A stretch of DNA of 64,000 nucleotides from IMG/VR virus record IMGVR_UViG_3300014720_000016; one strand, written 5' to 3'. Made by a program: the position numbers and the translations under genes. The DNA is from a virus. Positions 9,738 to 19,592 of the stretch are shown one piece after another (the stretch's first letter is position 1; every line of letters starts with the position of its first letter). The notes beneath the pieces were generated by a model that saw only the letters and a program-made list of their open reading frames with translations, made no database searches and was not told the DNA's origin.

Positions 9738-9982
9738 TTTGCGTGCCGGTATACGATCCTACCCTTGGTAAGGTCGTAAGGGCTAACCTCTACGTCTACC
9801 GTATCTCCTAGGGTAATCATGATTGAGTTCTTGCGTAGCTTGCCGCCAGGATAAGCGGTGATACTAAATTGGCTATCCCCGTGCTTAACGTCAACGAAAA
9901 TGATCGAGTTGTTGACGTTTGTTACGGTTCCTGTTAGGCGTACTTTATCGCTATTGCTATTGTCCATTGATCTCTCTTTCAT
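9734..9982 (-). CDS. infA: translation initiation factor IF-1
   Basis: [33 protein letters not shown] is the IF-1 signature. Confidence 0.93.
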   Translation of the reverse strand: MKERSMDNSNSDKVRLTGTVTNVNNSIIFVDVKHGDSQFSITAYPGGKLRKNSIMITLGDTVDVEVSPYDLTKGRIVYRHAK

Positions 9983-10335
9983 ACGAAAATCTTGTTATTT
10001 ACAAGCCTGGCAAAGCTAGCGGCTGTGATTGGTTCCGCGTTTTCTGCCAGACAAAAGCAGTCCATTTTATACGGGTTGTAGCTGACTTGCCGGCTAGCCG
10101 CGGGGGCGCTGCCGGTAACGGTACCCACTACAAAGGCGTGTACATTCTTCCTCTTCTCTGCCAACACCTTTAGCCGGCCCGCTTGGCGAACAACAAATTG
10201 GACATTTGCCAGCTCGATGCTCGCCACCAGGGCAATTACTAGCCCGGTTTTGCAGCACTGTACAGAGAAATTGCCGGTGTGCAGGTTTCTATAAACCCGA
10301 ACTCGGGTGCCAGGCTGTACGGGGTCAGTCGTCAT
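9979..10335 (-). CDS. conserved phage hypothetical protein
   Basis: [26 protein letters not shown]; start adjusted to MTTDP. Confidence 0.7.
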   Translation of the reverse strand: MTTDPVQPGTRVRVYRNLHTGNFSVQCCKTGLVIALVASIELANVQFVVRQAGRLKVLAEKRKNVHAFVVGTVTGSAPAASRQVSYNPYKMDCFCLAENAEPITAASFARLVNNKIFV

Positions 10336-10672
10336 GGATTTCCTCGGCTGTAATTTCATCACTATCGCCTTCGGAGTCTGAATCATCCTCCGAGGATTCT
10401 TCTGGCAGGGAAGCGAAATACTGATCTAGCAGCTCTACCGCTCGCAGGAATTTTTTTGCATGCTGTACGGTATTGGGGGTAAATACCGAGTGCAGAGGGT
10501 TTAGCCCGTTTTCACCGCCATCGTCTTGTTCGAGGAGTCTGGCAAAATTAATGATATCAAACCCAGGATCCGATACTTGACGAATAATTCCCTCAAGCAG
10601 GATCTTTTTGCTCAATTCTTTAGCAGAGGAGTAAAGAGTCAGCTCTTCTTTGTCATCTAACTTGTTTTCCAT
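10325..10672 (-). CDS. hypothetical protein with acidic tail
   Basis: 115 aa ORF. Confidence 0.65.
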   Translation of the reverse strand: MENKLDDKEELTLYSSAKELSKKILLEGIIRQVSDPGFDIINFARLLEQDDGGENGLNPLHSVFTPNTVQHAKKFLRAVELLDQYFASLPEESSEDDSDSEGDSDEITAEEIHDD

Positions 10673-10683
10673 AATGAGGCCCT

Positions 10684-10977
10684 ATGTTGAATTTTAAACT
10701 GTTTGTCAAAGCCGATGATGAAGCTGCCGCTCCGGCACCCGAGGCTCCTGCTGATTTACCGCTTGCTGATCCTGCCGCAGAAGCTGGTTTACCGCCCGAC
10801 ATGGCAGCTGGGATGCCGCCTATGCCACCTGGAGCTGCTGTACCTGAGGTGCCAGAGAAAGATCCTATCGAGGCGATCAGGGCTCGTTTAAAGGGAGCGC
10901 TTGGCAAAGAGGCAGAAGATGAAGATCTGGATATTGCATCTGAAGACGTAACTGAAAGCGGGGTTTTCAACGGTTAG
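10684..10977 (+). CDS. Pro/Ala/acidic low-complexity protein (opposite strand)
   Basis: GAGG SD; starts MLNFKLFVKA. Confidence 0.65.
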   Translation: MLNFKLFVKADDEAAAPAPEAPADLPLADPAAEAGLPPDMAAGMPPMPPGAAVPEVPEKDPIEAIRARLKGALGKEAEDEDLDIASEDVTESGVFNG

Positions 10978-11389
10978 AAATCTCCTCCTGGCACATTTTT
11001 AGCAGCCGACTGAGCACCGGAATACGGTGCTCTGTTTTTTGCTCCGCGACATGCAGCATCCCGATGCCGGCGCTTTTCAGCATGTCAAGTGCATTACTTA
11101 CTGCTTGATTTTCTAGTAAGCCTTCGATTGCAGGCGACCGCATGGCCAACTGGCCAGTAAGGGCCGGAGTGGTTATCAGTAGCCGGGCCACGTCACGCAG
11201 AACCTGCTCATTCTCTAGCGAGATATCACTAAGTAGCGCCGCGATTCGCTGCGCGTCCTCTCTCATGCTTGCAGGAGGTTCCTCGTCCGCAGACTCAAGA
11301 GCAGCAACAATACGCGGGAGAGGAAACTCTTTCATAAGGGCATATGCAATCTTCAAACTCACGACTTTCGTTCCTTTATCATTTGCCAA
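10967..11389 (-). CDS. hypothetical protein
   Basis: 140 aa ORF. Confidence 0.65.
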   Translation of the reverse strand: MANDKGTKVVSLKIAYALMKEFPLPRIVAALESADEEPPASMREDAQRIAALLSDISLENEQVLRDVARLLITTPALTGQLAMRSPAIEGLLENQAVSNALDMLKSAGIGMLHVAEQKTEHRIPVLSRLLKMCQEEISNR

Positions 11390-12375
11390 ATCGACTTGGG
11401 TGCGACCTCAATCGCACCTGAATTCATCATGTAGCCACGGAATCGCAGGCTTTCGCCTGACTCAGAAATACAAATTCCATCGCCCATCCCAGATAGATTT
11501 TCTGCTCCAGCAGTATCTAAGATAACCCGACTTGCGACAGCACTAGCTGTTCTAAATGCAACCCTGACAGGGAAGTTGGCTTTAAGTTCGCCGTTAAGCA
11601 GTTTGGCGGTTGGCGTCTGGGTTGCGCATATGGTATGGATCCCTGCTGCCCGCCCCTTCTGAGCCAGCCGCTGCATTGGTTCAAGGAACCGCTCTTTGTG
11701 TCGCCCAACTAGGTCAGCCAGCTCGTCCACTACCAGTACGACTGGATCCATTTTTTTGCCGGTTGTTTCATTCAGCCGGATTATGTCGGCTACACCAAGT
11801 TCAGCCATTTTCTGATACCGCAACTCCATGCGACCTACCAGGTCGTTCATTGCAGTAAGCACCTGGGCATCGGTCGTCAAGTGCTGGAACTTGCCGTTAC
11901 CTTTGTAGCCAGCGAACTCGCCCCATTTTGGGTCAATAGCAATAACGCTCATCTGCTGCTTAAGCGCCCACCGGATTGCCCCATTCATCCAATAGGTCTT
12001 GCCGCTGCCAGTGGTGCCCGCGACCATAATATGCGGAGCCTTGGGCAGATAGATGTTGCGATGAGTGCCGTTGGTCGCGACTCCCAGCGGAACGCAATAA
12101 AACGAAGGCCGGATCGGCAGCAGCATGCTGCTAATTCCGGTATGAAGCCAGCTGATCTTTATCTTGCCTTCGCTATAGACTGGAGATACCTGAGCCACGC
12201 CGACGCTGCTGACGAACAGTGAAAAGTCTTTTGCAATACGCTCGACTGAGGCCAGCTTGGTGCCGACGTCAGGGCAAAAGGTAAGAGTATTTTCGTATTT
12301 TTCCTGTACCAGATTGAAGTCCCGCCCCTGTATCTTATTTAGCCTCAAAAAGGCAATCAGTTTATCCATTGACAC
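11359..12375 (-). CDS. FtsK/SpoIIIE-family ATPase
   Basis: PHIMVAGTTGSGKT, IDPK, VVDELADL, LAQKGRAAGIH..ATQ, GAENLSGMGD; no TM domain. Confidence 0.92.
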   Translation of the reverse strand: MSMDKLIAFLRLNKIQGRDFNLVQEKYENTLTFCPDVGTKLASVERIAKDFSLFVSSVGVAQVSPVYSEGKIKISWLHTGISSMLLPIRPSFYCVPLGVATNGTHRNIYLPKAPHIMVAGTTGSGKTYWMNGAIRWALKQQMSVIAIDPKWGEFAGYKGNGKFQHLTTDAQVLTAMNDLVGRMELRYQKMAELGVADIIRLNETTGKKMDPVVLVVDELADLVGRHKERFLEPMQRLAQKGRAAGIHTICATQTPTAKLLNGELKANFPVRVAFRTASAVASRVILDTAGAENLSGMGDGICISESGESLRFRGYMMNSGAIEVAPKSIWQMIKERKS

Positions 12376-12532
12376 CTTGAACGCACCAAGTGCGCATCTC
12401 TAACACTGAGATTATTCTCCAGATAAAGTCGCCGTTAATCGTAAAAGCCCTTTGCAAAGCCATTTGGTGACTTGCTGGTTTTCATTCAATAGAATGACAA
12501 TCGGTAAAATCTCATTCCAAGGCGGAGTCGCA

Positions 12533-13699
12533 ATGTTTACTCTATTTAAAAAAGCAAATGATGCCACGAATCCTGGGCGAACAAATATTAAGCGCACTCC
12601 GTATGTAGACGAAGAAAAACAAGAGATCCGTAGTATACTATCTGAATACTCCGCCTCTGACGCACAAATAGGTAGCCCGTCATCTTTTGGAAAACTTTAC
12701 TCCGGCACAAAAAATGGCAATCAGGTGGCCATAAAAATAGAACCGCGCGACACTGATTCTCATGAGCACGACACACTAAAGCTTGTTCAGCATTTGCGCA
12801 CAATAGCACCAGAGAACATTAAAAAGCATCTGCCCATAGTCTATAAAGTTGCCGGCGGCAAGCGTTTCACATGGTATGTCATGGAGCTGCTACAAAAACT
12901 GCCAGAAGGCATACAGGAAGAACTGGCCGGAATAGAGTACGAGCTTAACCACTCTGGCATACAAATTAGAAAAAAACCGAACGAGAGCGAGGACGATTTC
13001 TTAAAAAGACTCGAGCAATACAAGCAAGACATACACGATGCATTGCACGCTGGCCCCGAAGAGATAAATGTTAATTCCGATTCTATCAACATCAACCTGG
13101 CCGACCCACGCTTGGCCGATGTCAGACTGGTCGAAGCAGCATTTGACAAGTGGTATACTACAAACGAGCAGCGCAGAGAGGTGTTTGATTCTGTTTGGTT
13201 TGAGCAGGATCCCGATGATTATACCTCGGCCTCCACTACCGGTGCTGACAAGGAAGGCGTGTTCCGTGACAAAATAAAAAAGGCAATCGTTGCCGATCTA
13301 ACTAATCATAGCACAAGCGGAATGATCAGTATCAAGGCTTTTGCAAAGCGGGTAACTGATGCTGTGGCGGCTACGATGAGTGGGCCGGTAGAAGCTGAAG
13401 CATGGGAAGAGATCCGATCAACAATTCCAGAGCTAATATTCGCGATAGTTAGGACCAACTGGATTCCTAGGTTCGACCCTAGCCATAATGCAGGTGGCAG
13501 GTACGAGTCGCTAGGTCGATCCATGGATCATTTACCCGAAGACGATCTTAAATCTAGGCTTCTCACTACACTTATGTGGCTGTCCGGGCACGGCTTAAAA
13601 TGGGGCGATGTTCACTCCGGCAATATAATGATGAGACCATCAACTGGTGATGTAGTAATCATTGATTACGGCCTGTATCGATTTGTCGTTCCAGGTTAA
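12533..13699 (+). CDS. protein-kinase-like protein with large insertion
   Basis: Gly-loop GSPSSFGKLY, VAIK, YVMELL; C-terminal DVHSGN and IIDYG; start MFTLFKKA with GGAG SD. Confidence 0.75.
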   Translation: MFTLFKKANDATNPGRTNIKRTPYVDEEKQEIRSILSEYSASDAQIGSPSSFGKLYSGTKNGNQVAIKIEPRDTDSHEHDTLKLVQHLRTIAPENIKKHLPIVYKVAGGKRFTWYVMELLQKLPEGIQEELAGIEYELNHSGIQIRKKPNESEDDFLKRLEQYKQDIHDALHAGPEEINVNSDSININLADPRLADVRLVEAAFDKWYTTNEQRREVFDSVWFEQDPDDYTSASTTGADKEGVFRDKIKKAIVADLTNHSTSGMISIKAFAKRVTDAVAATMSGPVEAEAWEEIRSTIPELIFAIVRTNWIPRFDPSHNAGGRYESLGRSMDHLPEDDLKSRLLTTLMWLSGHGLKWGDVHSGNIMMRPSTGDVVIIDYGLYRFVVPG

Positions 13700-13715
13700 A
13701 AGGCGCCGCCCACCT

Positions 13716-14432
13716 TTAATACAGATAAAAAGCCGTGCAGCTAGTTATGCGCATCCCATCAGGCCCGTCACCGGACGTACAGGACCAGACAACAAAACAA
13801 CCGTCTGTGCAATAAACATTAACTAGCTTTACCTGCTCTCCGGGAAATTTCTCTTTTGCAAGACGACCTAGATTATAGATATAGGTCTTGCTTATCTTCC
13901 CAGGATACTGCTTTGCGCTAATAAGCAGGATGCAGTCTTTTCCGTTATCGTCGTGACCGGATGCTAGACCATCAATCTCAACCTGTCCAAAGCTACAAGT
14001 AGTTCGCCAGTGATCCTGTAGCCGCTGGACATTCTTTAATCCAGGCAACATGTTAAAGCAACCACTGCTCATTAGTCGGGTCATCGCCGACTGCTCATCA
14101 TTAGATAGGTACTTCTTTGCAAACTCTGGCGTCTTGTCCTGTGCCGCAATAGCAGCATCTATCTGCGGCATCTCGATCAGGTTTTGATCAACTGGGACGA
14201 ACGCATATTTGCCCTTACCCACTTGCAATATGCCGTAGTCGGAAGAAAAAGGCAGCTGCTCCCGCGAGTCAAACGTATAGCGTATATCTGCGATGTTCTT
14301 GATCGACAGTCCCAGCTCAGAGCATGAGTTCTCGAGGTCAGCTTTTGAGAAGAAATAGGAGCCTCCGGTTGGAGCGTGCCCTCCGATTAGCTTTTCCCAG
14401 CAGTGCTGAATCACTCGAGAATAATGACTCAT
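13716..14432 (-). CDS. putative PD-(D/E)xK endonuclease
   Basis: KNIADIRYTF, GKGKYAF, NDEQ, QVEIDG...ISAK resemble a restriction-like nuclease with a degenerate ExK. Confidence 0.55.
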   Translation of the reverse strand: MSHYSRVIQHCWEKLIGGHAPTGGSYFFSKADLENSCSELGLSIKNIADIRYTFDSREQLPFSSDYGILQVGKGKYAFVPVDQNLIEMPQIDAAIAAQDKTPEFAKKYLSNDEQSAMTRLMSSGCFNMLPGLKNVQRLQDHWRTTCSFGQVEIDGLASGHDDNGKDCILLISAKQYPGKISKTYIYNLGRLAKEKFPGEQVKLVNVYCTDGCFVVWSCTSGDGPDGMRITSCTAFYLY

Positions 14433-14836
14433 GTTGGATCTACACCTTTCTGCGAACCGGGCCAGATTGCTGATGCGCCAGATGGTGTGCCAGCAATTTC
14501 TACGATTGAATCCCAGCTAATATAGACAAAATGCAATTTCGAGCTAAAGCTCAGGCTGCCGTATACTCCAGACTCGTCAATGCCAAAGTCTGGTATGGAG
14601 TATTTCTTGTTCCACTTCAGAGTGCCTACGCCATATTGCATCATGCTATCTGGCATTTTATTGCGTGGGTGATCGGTACGAAAGACTGTTACAACAGTGT
14701 CGCCCTTCATCAATAGGCGTTCAAACATCACGCCTTGTGGCGGCATCTCGTGAGTTTCTTCTAGCAGGAATTCTATGCTAGACAGCACCCGCCGATCCCA
14801 ATCAACATGATATACACGAGTGCCATCTTTAGTCAT
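14429..14836 (-). CDS. sspB: ClpXP adaptor SspB-like protein
   Basis: IPDFGIDESGVYGSLSFS..HFVYISWDSIVEI...IWP fits the SspB family pattern (IPDL.VD..GI..TLSF...VPW). Confidence 0.75.
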   Translation of the reverse strand: MTKDGTRVYHVDWDRRVLSSIEFLLEETHEMPPQGVMFERLLMKGDTVVTVFRTDHPRNKMPDSMMQYGVGTLKWNKKYSIPDFGIDESGVYGSLSFSSKLHFVYISWDSIVEIAGTPSGASAIWPGSQKGVDPT

Positions 14837-14839
14837 TCT

Positions 14840-15277
14840 TCACTTCACCAGATCTGAAATAGCGCCTGTTGGCTTAAGTTTTACCTGACGTCTCCAGGCC
14901 TGCGTTCCGTTGACAGTAATTGCAATCTTTAATCCGCTGACATAAGGTAACAATCCGGCCACTGCACCAAGATCGCTTACAGCGGCGTCTGTCAACTCGC
15001 GACTGACTTCGTAAGATAGGCTCTCTCTCTGAGTGGCACGCCAAGGCGAGTAATAAGTCACCCCGATACTTACCTGGACAGAGGTGATGTCCCGCGGCTT
15101 ATTTACCTGCCACCTATTGTGGCGGGCGCGGGTCATCGCATACTTCATGCGTTCGTCAAAGTCTTTTTGTGACCGCAGCTTAATTTTAAGCTTGCTGGCA
15201 ATGCCGCTCACTGCGGCATATGCTAGCTTTACTGTTTCTTCTGGTTCCTGGTTGTACAGGAAGTCTTTCATCTTCAT
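14840..15277 (-). CDS. hypothetical protein
   Basis: 145 aa, starts MKMKDFL. Confidence 0.65.
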   Translation of the reverse strand: MKMKDFLYNQEPEETVKLAYAAVSGIASKLKIKLRSQKDFDERMKYAMTRARHNRWQVNKPRDITSVQVSIGVTYYSPWRATQRESLSYEVSRELTDAAVSDLGAVAGLLPYVSGLKIAITVNGTQAWRRQVKLKPTGAISDLVK

Positions 15278-15765
15278 CAGCAGATACCGACTTTCTTGCC
15301 CGAAGCTTTCCAGCTCTCTTCATAGGCTTCCTGCGAGTGCTCGCCATGGAGCGCAAACCACGCATCCTCAGCTTCCTTGGCCTCTTTGTCGGCTACGAGG
15401 TTGCTAAGCAGGTCTGTGGCCTCCTGCTTATCTACCAGGATATTGCAGATTTCTGACTCTAGAACTGACAAGCCTTCGCTCCCAGCAGCCAGGCGCAATT
15501 GGAACTCCAAGGCAGTGCGGTCGCAAACAAGGTACTTTAGATGCACTTCGCCCGCTTTTAGATCTAGTCGGAGCAGGGGGTCGATGATCGGGTTGCTCTC
15601 ATCGAATACTGGATTTGCATCGAAGTATTTTGCGGATTCTTCAATCTTTGGCACATCGTGAAAGTGCTCAAGCAGAGCTTCCTTTTTAAAGGCCGCCCAG
15701 ACAACTCCATTGTACTTTACGGCATAGCAGCCTGGCAACTTCTCATCTGTTTCCGAAGAATGCAT
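15277..15765 (-). CDS. hypothetical protein
   Basis: 162 aa ORF. Confidence 0.65.
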   Translation of the reverse strand: MHSSETDEKLPGCYAVKYNGVVWAAFKKEALLEHFHDVPKIEESAKYFDANPVFDESNPIIDPLLRLDLKAGEVHLKYLVCDRTALEFQLRLAAGSEGLSVLESEICNILVDKQEATDLLSNLVADKEAKEAEDAWFALHGEHSQEAYEESWKASGKKVGIC

Positions 15766-16162
15766 TCATTACTCCTTTGTTCAGGTCACTTGATTTATCT
15801 GAAAGCCAAATCCACTCTCCCCTGAGCGATACGCCGGGCATAGTTTTCGCTTGGCATAAATACTGATCGCTAGGGTCAATTAAACTTCTGCAAAACCACA
15901 GGCCAAGATAGTACTGACTGCCCGTACGAGATTGTCGTATAACATGTTTAGGCCTGCCTTTGGGATCTAGGAACCAGGTATATATGTGTTTGCAATGACT
16001 GGCTGACGGCGAGAAGCCGTAGCCTATGCTCATCTGGAATTTAGGAAATCTTCGGCGGCTAGACAATCCGACTTTTGCAAGCTCTAGCATCTCTGTGCTG
16101 CATCCCGATTGAGATAGCACTAGCAGAGGATCATGCCTCAGCAGGTAATCATCTAGCTTCAT
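15743..16162 (-). CDS. hypothetical protein, MKL-start family
   Basis: MKLDDYLLR; ATGA overlap. Confidence 0.65.
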   Translation of the reverse strand: MKLDDYLLRHDPLLVLSQSGCSTEMLELAKVGLSSRRRFPKFQMSIGYGFSPSASHCKHIYTWFLDPKGRPKHVIRQSRTGSQYYLGLWFCRSLIDPSDQYLCQAKTMPGVSLRGEWIWLSDKSSDLNKGVMNAFFGNR

Positions 16163-16635
16163 TCTACACGCTCTATATATACTTTTGCAGACTCGATGTC
16201 GAGTATCCAGTCGAATCGACTTAGATGCTCGAATACTGCATTGGCCGCTGTTATCTCTGCAAGAGCAGTAGTGCGACCTATCTTACGCACACGCATCATG
16301 TGCGCCAGAGCTACTTCAAACTTGCCTTGCAGCGACCAAAAGCCGATGTGGCAAACCATGTGACAGCTCTTGCACAGTGGTAAAACTTTTACCAAGCTTT
16401 GCCTGCCAGTCGTCTCGCCGCTCTCTATCGAGTAGTTCCATATCTCATGGCAATCGAGCGACTTAGGGCGTGCTCCGCAAAAGGCACAGGCATGCCCGTG
16501 CTTTGCAAATACTGACTGCCTAAAATCCCGCCAGCGGGCAGCAGACAGTACTGCGCGAAGATTTGAGTTCCATGCCGAGGCAGGAACTAGCTGTGGACCG
16601 CAGTGATCTGGAAAATCAAAGGTACTTGCGGACAT
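16159..16635 (-). CDS. HNH-family endonuclease
   Basis: LVP..W..NLR, CAFCG, LDCHEIW, LCKSCHMVCH. Confidence 0.75.
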   Translation of the reverse strand: MSASTFDFPDHCGPQLVPASAWNSNLRAVLSAARWRDFRQSVFAKHGHACAFCGARPKSLDCHEIWNYSIESGETTGRQSLVKVLPLCKSCHMVCHIGFWSLQGKFEVALAHMMRVRKIGRTTALAEITAANAVFEHLSRFDWILDIESAKVYIERVE

Positions 16636-16942
16636 AGATGATCATAGCCTTTGCCAGAGCAATATGCTGCTGCTCGGCTTTGATCTTTACCTTCTTCTTT
16701 GTATCAGCACCGCCCAGATCAATGCTCCACATACCATCACGGAATTCTAGACGACAATCCTCACCGAGGATAGAAACAGCCTCTAGAACCTTGTCTGGAG
16801 CCAGGACTGGGCCGTTCTTTTCAACAGACTCCATGCGCTTGTGAGCTAGTACATCAAGCACATAGCGACGCTCTAGCTCCTCCTGGTCCTGCAACTTGAT
16901 AACAAATTGTTGTTCTGCGCTACTGATCATTCTTCCACCCAC
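16616..16942 (-). CDS. hypothetical protein
   Basis: 108 aa ORF. Confidence 0.6.
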   Translation of the reverse strand: MGGRMISSAEQQFVIKLQDQEELERRYVLDVLAHKRMESVEKNGPVLAPDKVLEAVSILGEDCRLEFRDGMWSIDLGGADTKKKVKIKAEQQHIALAKAMIIYVRKYL

Positions 16943-16999
16943 TCGTTATTCTGATGTTTACTCTGTATTCGCCTCCGCCTTCAAAGGCGCAGGAGGCAG

Positions 17000-17407
17000 T
17001 CACTCAGACAGAAAGCTGATGAAGTCTGGCATCAGCTCTGGGCCGACTTCTTCCTCTAGGCGAGCAAAGAGCGCTGGATCAAAAAGGTATCCCATGTGGT
17101 TTGTTTGACCACAGTGTACGTTGTACTTCTGGGAGCGCGAGCTGAGGCTTACCTTAAGTACCTTCTGCGACTCATCTTTTGAAATTGCCAGGTAGTGTAC
17201 CTGATCTGGAACTGCGTCAACAAATGATTTGACATCAGCCAGTGACATTACCCGGAGGGTTGTTGGTTCAGCGTATGGATTCTGCTTATCGCGAATGACG
17301 AATGCTGCGCGAAGCTGGCCGTCCTTTACTGAGAGTTCGGCCATAACACCTGACAGAGCTTCGTTTGCTGACTTCTCACCGTGGTTCATATCTACAATCC
17401 TTTTCAT
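17000..17407 (-). CDS. hypothetical protein
   Basis: 135 aa, downstream of the repeat element. Confidence 0.65.
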   Translation of the reverse strand: MKRIVDMNHGEKSANEALSGVMAELSVKDGQLRAAFVIRDKQNPYAEPTTLRVMSLADVKSFVDAVPDQVHYLAISKDESQKVLKVSLSSRSQKYNVHCGQTNHMGYLFDPALFARLEEEVGPELMPDFISFLSE

Positions 17408-17442
17408 TCAGTCGTGGTTTGCTGCGGGCTTACGCCTCCACC

Positions 17443-17475
17443 GGATCGGCGGGGGCCGGCCTTAGCCCCGGCCCG
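17443..17475 (-). promoter_or_regulatory. CCTAAA-N13-GATCC element, copy 2 (variant GCTAAG)
   Basis: ggatc-ggcgggggccggc-cttagccccggcccg. Confidence 0.7.
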
Positions 17476-17480
17476 TTCTG

Positions 17481-17720
17481 CTACTCTTCCTCTTCGCAGG
17501 TGCCACCGTCAATTGACGGTATCCAACGCCACCACTGAGTTTTATTACGAATGTCTACTTGCATGCCCATGCTGCCGCCGCCATCGAAAAGCTCTACGAC
17601 TTCTCCATCTATATGGCCGCAATCGGTGCGGAATATTTCGTTAACTCTTGGGCACTTTATTCTAATGCGCCTGCCTACTTGCAGTTCGGAGGGATCGATA
17701 GGACGCAGTGTTTTTCGCAT
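17481..17720 (-). CDS. small SH3-like hypothetical protein
   Basis: 79 aa, LQVGRRIRI. Confidence 0.6.
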   Translation of the reverse strand: MRKTLRPIDPSELQVGRRIRIKCPRVNEIFRTDCGHIDGEVVELFDGGGSMGMQVDIRNKTQWWRWIPSIDGGTCEEEE

Positions 17721-17762
17721 TAGAGCCTCTAAAAAATAGCCAAATATTAATCGAGCGCCGCT

Positions 17763-18092
17763 TTATTTCTTGGTGAACGTAAACGCAGAACCCTTCTGGG
17801 AAAAGCCCCAGTCACGGAATTTAAGGGCCTGTTCGCCACCGCGGGTGTGGGCAATGATCCTACATCCTTTGAAAGAGAACTTGAACATATCTTCCTTCAA
17901 CCAGGCAGGACGAACAAGCTCGGGCGCTAGGCGCAGCGCAATAAGATCGTCCTTCGTGCGCACTTCGATCAGGATACGATTCTCTTTGGCGTACTCGACA
18001 ATCTCGTTAATATTCTCATGAACAGGGAAGTCTTTAAGAGCAGATACAATCGTCTCGGTGTCCTTGTCCATGAACCAATCTACAATCTTCAT
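17763..18092 (-). CDS. hypothetical protein
   Basis: Likely start MKIVDWF with AGGA SD. Confidence 0.6.
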   Translation of the reverse strand: MKIVDWFMDKDTETIVSALKDFPVHENINEIVEYAKENRILIEVRTKDDLIALRLAPELVRPAWLKEDMFKFSFKGCRIIAHTRGGEQALKFRDWGFSQKGSAFTFTKK

Positions 18093-18126
18093 CGTCCTAC
18101 CTATCCTAAAGTATTTTGAATGCCTG

Positions 18127-19590
18127 TCACTGAGCCGGAGCCCAAATAGTCTTGCGCTCAAGAAGATCTGGATATTCCGACTTTACCCAGCTCATAAAGC
18201 TTTTGATTTGCTTAGAAATAAAAATATCGACATTATTCAGATCGCTTACTGTTGTAGCCTTCTCTGCTTCCATGCCCGTTATCCGGGCTCGCACCGCATC
18301 AGCTGACGTCTTCTTAAGCGCCTCTACCCGCATATCGCAGATGATGCTTGCCTCGTAATCATCAAGACCGGCCAGGGCTTTTAGGTTGGCGTGGAAATCG
18401 CCTTCAGCCTTAAGCGCGGCAAATACCGCATCTAGATTGTCGCAAGCCTTTAGCTTGGCCCGCTCCCTCTTTAGTGCTTCATCCTGCTGCTTAATACTGG
18501 CGGTAAGAGTCGCGCAAACAATCCGACGACGGATGGCTACCCAGTCTCGGATTACGTCCGGTACGCCTACTGCCCGAGGAACGAGCGACTCCCCTTCCTC
18601 GTAAAGGCAGTTCATGCGGTAGCTAACCTTTTTGCGTAGAAGTTTGCGGATTTTTTCGTAAGCCGAGTCGTCCTTGTATTCAATGACGATCCGATCACCA
18701 TTCGCGCCAGAAGTCTCATTACGAGTGGCTTCGATTACTCCTTCATCCTGTAACTCTGCGCATTTGCTTAGGAAGCCTGATACGCTAAACTCTGGAGCAT
18801 AGCCAGTTACCAGCAGCAGCTTGCGATCACCCTTCTTCTCAAGGCGATGTGCACATTCATAAGTAAGCTGGCCGATGCCGGTTTTCAGCAGGGCTTCTAC
18901 ATCACTCTTGGAGCTAAGTAGATTGCAGCCGAAGCCGTCTGGCGCCCGAATATGCTTAGTAGCCTTGCCCTCATCTCCTTTTGCTAGATAATCAAGAACT
19001 GCTGCGGCAACCTCTAGGATATTAAATCCCGGAAACTTGCTGGTAATCGCCATGGCAATACCGGTGCTTGAGTTGAGCAGGAGCATCGGCAGCACGCTCG
19101 GCAGGTAACGCGGCTGATCCTTTGTATCGTCGTAATTCTTCTCGTATGGAACGCTTGCAAGATCCGGCAGATCGGTGATCATGCGTCGAGCCAGAGGATG
19201 TACCCGGCTCTCAGTATAACGAGCACTGGCCGCCTCTGTAGTTGCTCCGCCAAAGTTGCCCTGACCCTCGATAAGAGGGTGGCGCTCGTTGACCATGCCC
19301 ACTAGGGAGCCGTAGGCGGCAACCTCGCCGTGTGGTGAGTAGGAGGCGATACAGTGACCGGTAATCTTCGCGGACTTAATAAACTTCGCAGTATTCAGGT
19401 CAATGCAGCTCCAGAGCAGCAGGCGCTGGATTGGCTTTAGACCATCCTCTAGCCGGGGCAGAGCGCGGTTTTGGATTACCTCGTCGCCATAGTGCTTCAT
19501 GGCGCGCTTGACGAAGTCAACCGCTGATTGTCCCACTACCACCGACTGACTAGGGGCGGCTGCACGTTGTTCTTTTTTCTTTGTAGCCAT
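18127..19590 (-). CDS. type IIA DNA topoisomerase subunit A (GyrA/ParC-like, no CTD)
   Basis: RALPRLEDGLKPIQR, KSAKITG, PHGE, GQGNFG, catalytic AASARYTE; only 487 aa. Confidence 0.93.
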   Translation of the reverse strand: MATKKKEQRAAAPSQSVVVGQSAVDFVKRAMKHYGDEVIQNRALPRLEDGLKPIQRLLLWSCIDLNTAKFIKSAKITGHCIASYSPHGEVAAYGSLVGMVNERHPLIEGQGNFGGATTEAASARYTESRVHPLARRMITDLPDLASVPYEKNYDDTKDQPRYLPSVLPMLLLNSSTGIAMAITSKFPGFNILEVAAAVLDYLAKGDEGKATKHIRAPDGFGCNLLSSKSDVEALLKTGIGQLTYECAHRLEKKGDRKLLLVTGYAPEFSVSGFLSKCAELQDEGVIEATRNETSGANGDRIVIEYKDDSAYEKIRKLLRKKVSYRMNCLYEEGESLVPRAVGVPDVIRDWVAIRRRIVCATLTASIKQQDEALKRERAKLKACDNLDAVFAALKAEGDFHANLKALAGLDDYEASIICDMRVEALKKTSADAVRARITGMEAEKATTVSDLNNVDIFISKQIKSFMSWVKSEYPDLLERKTIWAPAQ

Positions 19591-19592
19591 TT

